Source: Lytechinus pictus
Taxonomy: Eukaryota
Assembly: GCF_037042905.1 (NCBI RefSeq)
Contig: NC_087251.1
Span: 44,518,001-44,582,000 of the forward strand
Length of the DNA stretch: 64,000 nt
Direction of reading: 5' to 3'
Positions 59,240 to 64,000 of the stretch are shown here, one piece after another. A model generated the notes under the pieces. That model was not told the DNA's origin and did not search any database. It saw nothing but the letters and a program-made list of their open reading frames with translations. The position numbers and the translations under genes were made by a program. Positions within the stretch are counted from its first letter, which is position 1; each line of letters opens with the position of its first letter.

Positions 59240-62200
59240 CTGAAATGAAAGCAACAAAATAGTTTGCTAGATATGATACCAACAATGTATTTAAATGTGT
59301 AAATGCAATTGCATACCATAAAAGATGCCATATTAAAGAGCTATTTTTGTACTTGCCTGTAAATTTCAAATAGAAGATGTAGAAGGGAAACAACCGCGTA
59401 GCCAGGATTTCATTTTGGAGGGGGCGGTAAATGCACGCAAAGCGTGCCAACACAGAGCGCGCGAAGCGTGCTCCCTAGGGGTTGGGTGCAGGGAGGGGGA
59501 GTTTCCCCCTCCCACGCGAAGCTATTGGTGTTTCATAAATTAAAATGAAAAGGAGCCGTCTGTCTTGTCTCTAGTACCTATATCAGCTTCAATTCAGTTG
59601 ACTATATTGTGATTTTGAACCTTGTTTTCAAAAGTGATTGTGAACGCACCAAAAAAGGAATACAATGGAGGAAATTGAAATAATAACCCCGCGTAAAGCA
59701 CGAAAGCTAAAGCGTTTTATCAATTTTTTTGCCATGAAAAGGGTCCAGAGAAAAGGGTATTCTCAAAGTTACATTGAATACTTCCCTTGGAAAGATCAGA
59801 TTTGATTACAAACAATTTAGCGACAGTTCATATCTTTATTTCGCAAAACAGAGGAGAAGAAGTGTATATGCCGGGAGGAAGATATTCCTCCCCGCGCAGA
59901 GCAATGAAACTCTGAAATTTCAAAGGGCGGGCGTTTCATCAAATGCAGATATCTCTAATACCCCATCGGCTCTAATTCAAATGATTTTCTAAGATTATTG
60001 AACTTCATTACAAGGAAAATAGTGCGCAAAAAGTTGAAACTTCTGTGATTTATTGAAATTATATAAAAAAAGGATGCCTAATTTCTTTGACCTATCCTGA
60101 AGCGCTTCAGTTTGAATGATAAAGAAACTTAAGTGTCATTCAAAATTTCAAACTGAGGGCGCAAAACAGGACAGGAGATGAATGTGCAGGGAAATGACAT
60201 GAAGTTTAATAGAATTTGATACAAAATATTGTACTTTTTATTTAATACGACACAAATTTTATACCTTCCTCTTTTTAAATTAGGAACCTGTTTGCCCCAA
60301 AATTATGGTTGTGTAGTAATGAGCTGAAAAGCGGGAAAAGTTTACTTTATGGAGGTGACGGCAGAAATTGATTTTACCAGATTTTACCCACCCGGAGCCG
60401 ACCCGACCAGAAGTTGCGCGATCAATAAAAAAAAAGATAACTTCATATACTTCGGCCTAATCTTACTCTAATTCCATGCCCTAATGTGTACATTTGAACT
60501 TTAACTGGCAAGAAACACATATAGCTGAGGTGGAAAAACAGGGTTAGAGAAAGGGTGGGGGAAACAATGGAGAACTTCAATATTGTCATTTAACCGCGGG
60601 CAGCGCGGAAGCAAAATTCATATATAAATTTAGAGCAAGAGTGAAGGAGTTTCTCTTTTGAGAAAAAAAATAAAGAATAAAAAAAACCCACAAAGCTACC
60701 TTTCTTCCCTTTCCTCCCTTCCCTTTTCCTTTTCTCCTCTCTATTTTCCCTTCTTTTTTTTCTTTTTGGGGACGTTTTGGGGGTGGGGGGCGACCGCCCC
60801 CACCGCCCAACCCCTGGCTTCGCGCCTGAAGGGAAAAGAAATGTTTCTTTCATTGCAATATCTTAAATGTATTCTTAAATGCAGTCCAGAAAAATATTTG
60901 AGTGATTCCACAATACATTAATACATTAATGGTCTACTTTTTAAGAATACAGAATGTATTGATATAATCTTCATTAGATGTAAACATATTTCATCAGAAT
61001 TTGTAACTAAATCTATAACCTTGATTCTGATTGGCTGCTGAGCCCTTACCATAATCATCACCATATTAATGCCAAAGTTGAGTTTTTATGGAACAGGATC
61101 CACGGGAAAACAGTGTGTGTGATTGGCTATGTTTACATCTAATTAAGATGGAAGTAACATTACAAACAGCCCTAAAAAATGCATACTTTTGGTAGGGCAT
61201 TGGTGTATCCCTTAGCCATCATGATGAGACGATTTCATCACACTTAACATGATGTGGTCGTGAGGACAAGTATCATTGGGGTACTATTATTGATAAGTTG
61301 TTTGCATCCTGACCAAGACTCTTTTTTTTTTACACAGACGTTGAAATAAGCAACAGTTCTCTGTATAAAAATTTGAAGATAAGCTGTTGTAAAAACACAA
61401 AATGTAGTAGTTGAGATGAAACTGTCTCATTTTTTTTCCAGGTATTCATATTCTATCACTTTGTGATAGAACATGTTCTCATCTAATGAAGATTGCATAC
61501 ACATTAACTAGTACTTCCCGAAAGACCCCCCCCCCCCCCCCCCGCACAAGGAATGAAGAAACGGTAATTTACCTAGTTTGGTTGCCTGTTTCACAACAGC
61601 CTGCGACTGGAGCACATCGGCAAAGAAAAGCGCTGCTGCGGCCTTGAGGTCATCATGCTTGAATACGGCTGTGATGAGACCCCTGGCTGCTTTCTGAGAC
61701 TCGGGATCGGACAGGATGAGAACCACCACTGCCTTGAGCGCGGCCGTGGTCTCGGGATCATGGATGGCGAGGAGCAGGACCTGTTTGATGGTCGAGGCCA
61801 GGAGCCGTCTGTTCTGTGGGTCCTCCAGAATGCTCGAGATGTAATCTGTTGTAGCTTTTCTGGTCTCAGGGCTGTTCAATACCTAAAATGGTGCATGGAT
61901 AAATTTTAACGAAATGATAGAAAGTGGCATATATAGCATGGCATCCAATAATTTTTTCCATGGCTTCCTAAAAGGAAAGTGGTGCCATGGGCAGGTGCAT
62001 ATTCAATCTGCATCACGGAAAATAAAGATGGCTATTTCTAACAAGTCTGATTCAATAAGATGAAAATCTGTAGTAATACTACAGTGAATTTTTAACCATC
62101 CATCAAAGAAACGAATTACCCTTTAGTCAAACTTTTGCAATAAGGTTGATGTCTTGTAAAGAGTAATACATCTTACATGTTTAAGAGGCTTCTCTCTCTA

Positions 62201-63578
62201 AGCCATATAGGCCTATATGTTATGGATTTCAAGCAAAAAATCTTAACTCATTATAATTATAATCTTTTATTGACATATTTATGTTAACAGCCCCTCCCTC
62301 TATCCCAGTCCTTTAACAAAATTTAATAAAATTGTGATGATTGAACTCTTGAATTATGTATAGCACAGCCAAGGCCAACAGTATACCTGCTTGATAAATT
62401 GCGCAGCTAGACGGTGCATGTTTTCATCATGTAGGAGTGTCTGAAGGAGAGACTTGGCAAACTCCTCTGCCTTCATGGCCACATGCTCATGCTCCAGAGA
62501 TCGTGAGGCTACTTGCGATACTTCCACAGCAACATTTTCTCTGATAGGATCCCGCAATAGGTACACCATCAGACCTGAAATGGAAAGAAAAAAATTACAT
62601 GGATTTCATTCAAATCACTGTCAAAGATTTTTCATGAGTCACAAGTAACATTGATTAATTCCTTCAGTATTTTCCAGCATATTTTATCATTTTCTGTTAG
62701 GGGCCTAGATCTATATGGATAATCCTGTTACATCAAAGGTGATTTTAAAAATCTAATTAATGCTCTCATTAATCTAGGCTACATCATCGAGATGAGACTG
62801 TTGAATTACGACTCAAAATTTATCAGAGTAAAACCCTATATTACTGTAAAACAAATAATGTTTGTCATGTCTCCGGACGTAGACTACATTTAACATTATC
62901 TAAACTTAGACCCCTAATCTCCATGATCTATTTACCTATGATGATGAAAACTCCTACTCCAATACGAACAGTCGAGTACCCGTGAAATCTGAGTGAGTTC
63001 TCCAGCTTCTTCAGCTTCTTCAGCTGGTGGAGGACAGATCTGTGGTCTTGGTCATGTTTCACTGGTTGGCCTGATGATGACTGCGTTGAGGCAGGATTAG
63101 ATGACAAGTATCTGGTGGAACTAAAATTCCAATGACAAACATTTGCCAATTTTACTTGAAGGAATTTCAATTGGAGATGTTGTTGCCTCCAAGTCCAAGA
63201 AGACAGTGGAATTGTTGAGAAACAGTTTTCTGACTTTAATGTTAGATGCTGTGATGAGGAATCATGAGGCCGCCTTGCCCTTGATGGTTGTTGAAAATGG
63301 GATAAAACATACGACGTTGTGAATCTAACACTAAACTCGGTCTCGGGAGTTCTCACACGGGAGCTGTGCAATGAATCAAACAGGATCCTTGGAGAGGAAT
63401 ACCCCGAACGCCAGGCGGGAGCGATGCCCAGGCCCGCGTTGCCTGACGTTAGTGATAATGAAGAGCTGACGGGAAAGCCATGGTTGCCAGAGGCTCTAAA
63501 GTTGATACTTTTTCGACAAAAAGAAATAACAAAACCATTTCTAAAATAACCAACAGATGAAAATACATTCATCTTCAT
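58713..63578 (-). CDS. Uncharacterised single-pass membrane protein (~555 aa), possibly mitochondrial; whole gene span, 4 coding exons
   Basis: Exons 63578-62936, 62574-62387, 61882-61573 and 59239-58713 have GT-AG boundaries and compatible phases (1668 nt). Hydrophobic segment IGVGVFIIIGLMVYLL spans exons 1/2, followed by amphipathic helices and a Ser/Pro tail. Confidence 0.85.
59391..60828. mobile_element. hAT-like non-autonomous element
   Basis: 8-bp TSD AAGGGAAA on both sides; imperfect TIR CAACCGCGTAGCCAGG / CCTGGCTTCGCGCCTG. Confidence 0.8.
61573..61882 (-). CDS. Gene 2 exon 3 (VLNSPETRKA...KQATKL)
   Basis: ttttag/gtaaat on - strand; GC-rich. Confidence 0.88.
62387..62574 (-). CDS. 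Gene 2 exon 2 (LMVYLLRDPIRENVA...AAQFIKQ)
   Basis: tttcag/gtatac on - strand. Confidence 0.87.
62936..63578 (-). CDS. Gene 2 exon 1 (MKMNVFSS...GVGVFIII)
   Basis: 216-aa ORF; donor G|gtaaat; start codon choice uncertain. Confidence 0.75.
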
Positions 63579-63699
63579 ATAACCAATTAACAGATCGTTT
63601 CAGCGAAAAAAGCGTCCAATACTACAATAATGGAGCAATAATCCAACAAGTTCAGTCCCCAGTCCATGAAATTCAGACTTCAGAACGAATGCATTCATT

Positions 63700-63930
63700 T
63701 TGATACCGGTACCGTACGTATGGCGTCTTTGGGTGTTTAGCAGACGACGCGCGACAACCGCGAGCCTCGGGCGCAAGGCGTTTAGCACGGCGCTGAGACG
63801 TACCCCCGCCTAGCCTACGCTACCGTCCATCCACCGGGCGCATTCGGCGACGGGCGACACACGTACACGTCACGTACACCGGCGTAGTGCACCTGCATGA
63901 CTGCACTGCAGCAGTGATTCGCGGATTCAG
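63700..63930 (-). promoter_or_regulatory. CpG-rich segment upstream of gene 2 (candidate promoter/5' UTR)
   Basis: Local GC/CpG enrichment 120-350 bp upstream of the ATG at 63578; no specific motif proven. Confidence 0.35.
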
Positions 63931-64000
63931 TTACCTACCGTACTTGAAAAAGAAAAGTGGTCAGTGTTCCTATTCCTGTCAGCTTGTGACTTCGAATAAG

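Overview
AT-rich, intron-rich animal genomic DNA, not prokaryotic. The repeat landscape suggests a marine invertebrate such as a sea urchin (inference). Most of the window (1193-54717, + strand) is one gene that I assembled by hand into 49 GT-AG coding exons with consistent phases (7182 nt, about 2393 aa). It encodes a basic N-terminus, many ankyrin repeats, an acidic insert, a WGR domain, a PARP regulatory (helical) domain and a PARP catalytic domain with an intact H-Y-E triad. This is the PME-5/TANK-1-like 'tankyrase-like' architecture; I saw no SAM domain. A convergent 4-exon gene on the - strand (63578-58713, about 555 aa) encodes an uncharacterised protein with a presequence-like N-terminus, one TM helix, a helical body and a Ser/Pro tail. 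Introns are packed with MITEs, tRNA-derived SINEs, L2/CR1 fragments and a Helentron-like element in a triple nest. The most unusual structure is a ~150-bp tandem array (about 46950-48910) whose unit is the branch point/acceptor plus the first ~50 nt of PARP exon 44. It places 11 clear decoy acceptors directly before the real exon. Single degenerate duplications of the same kind precede exons 31 and 38.
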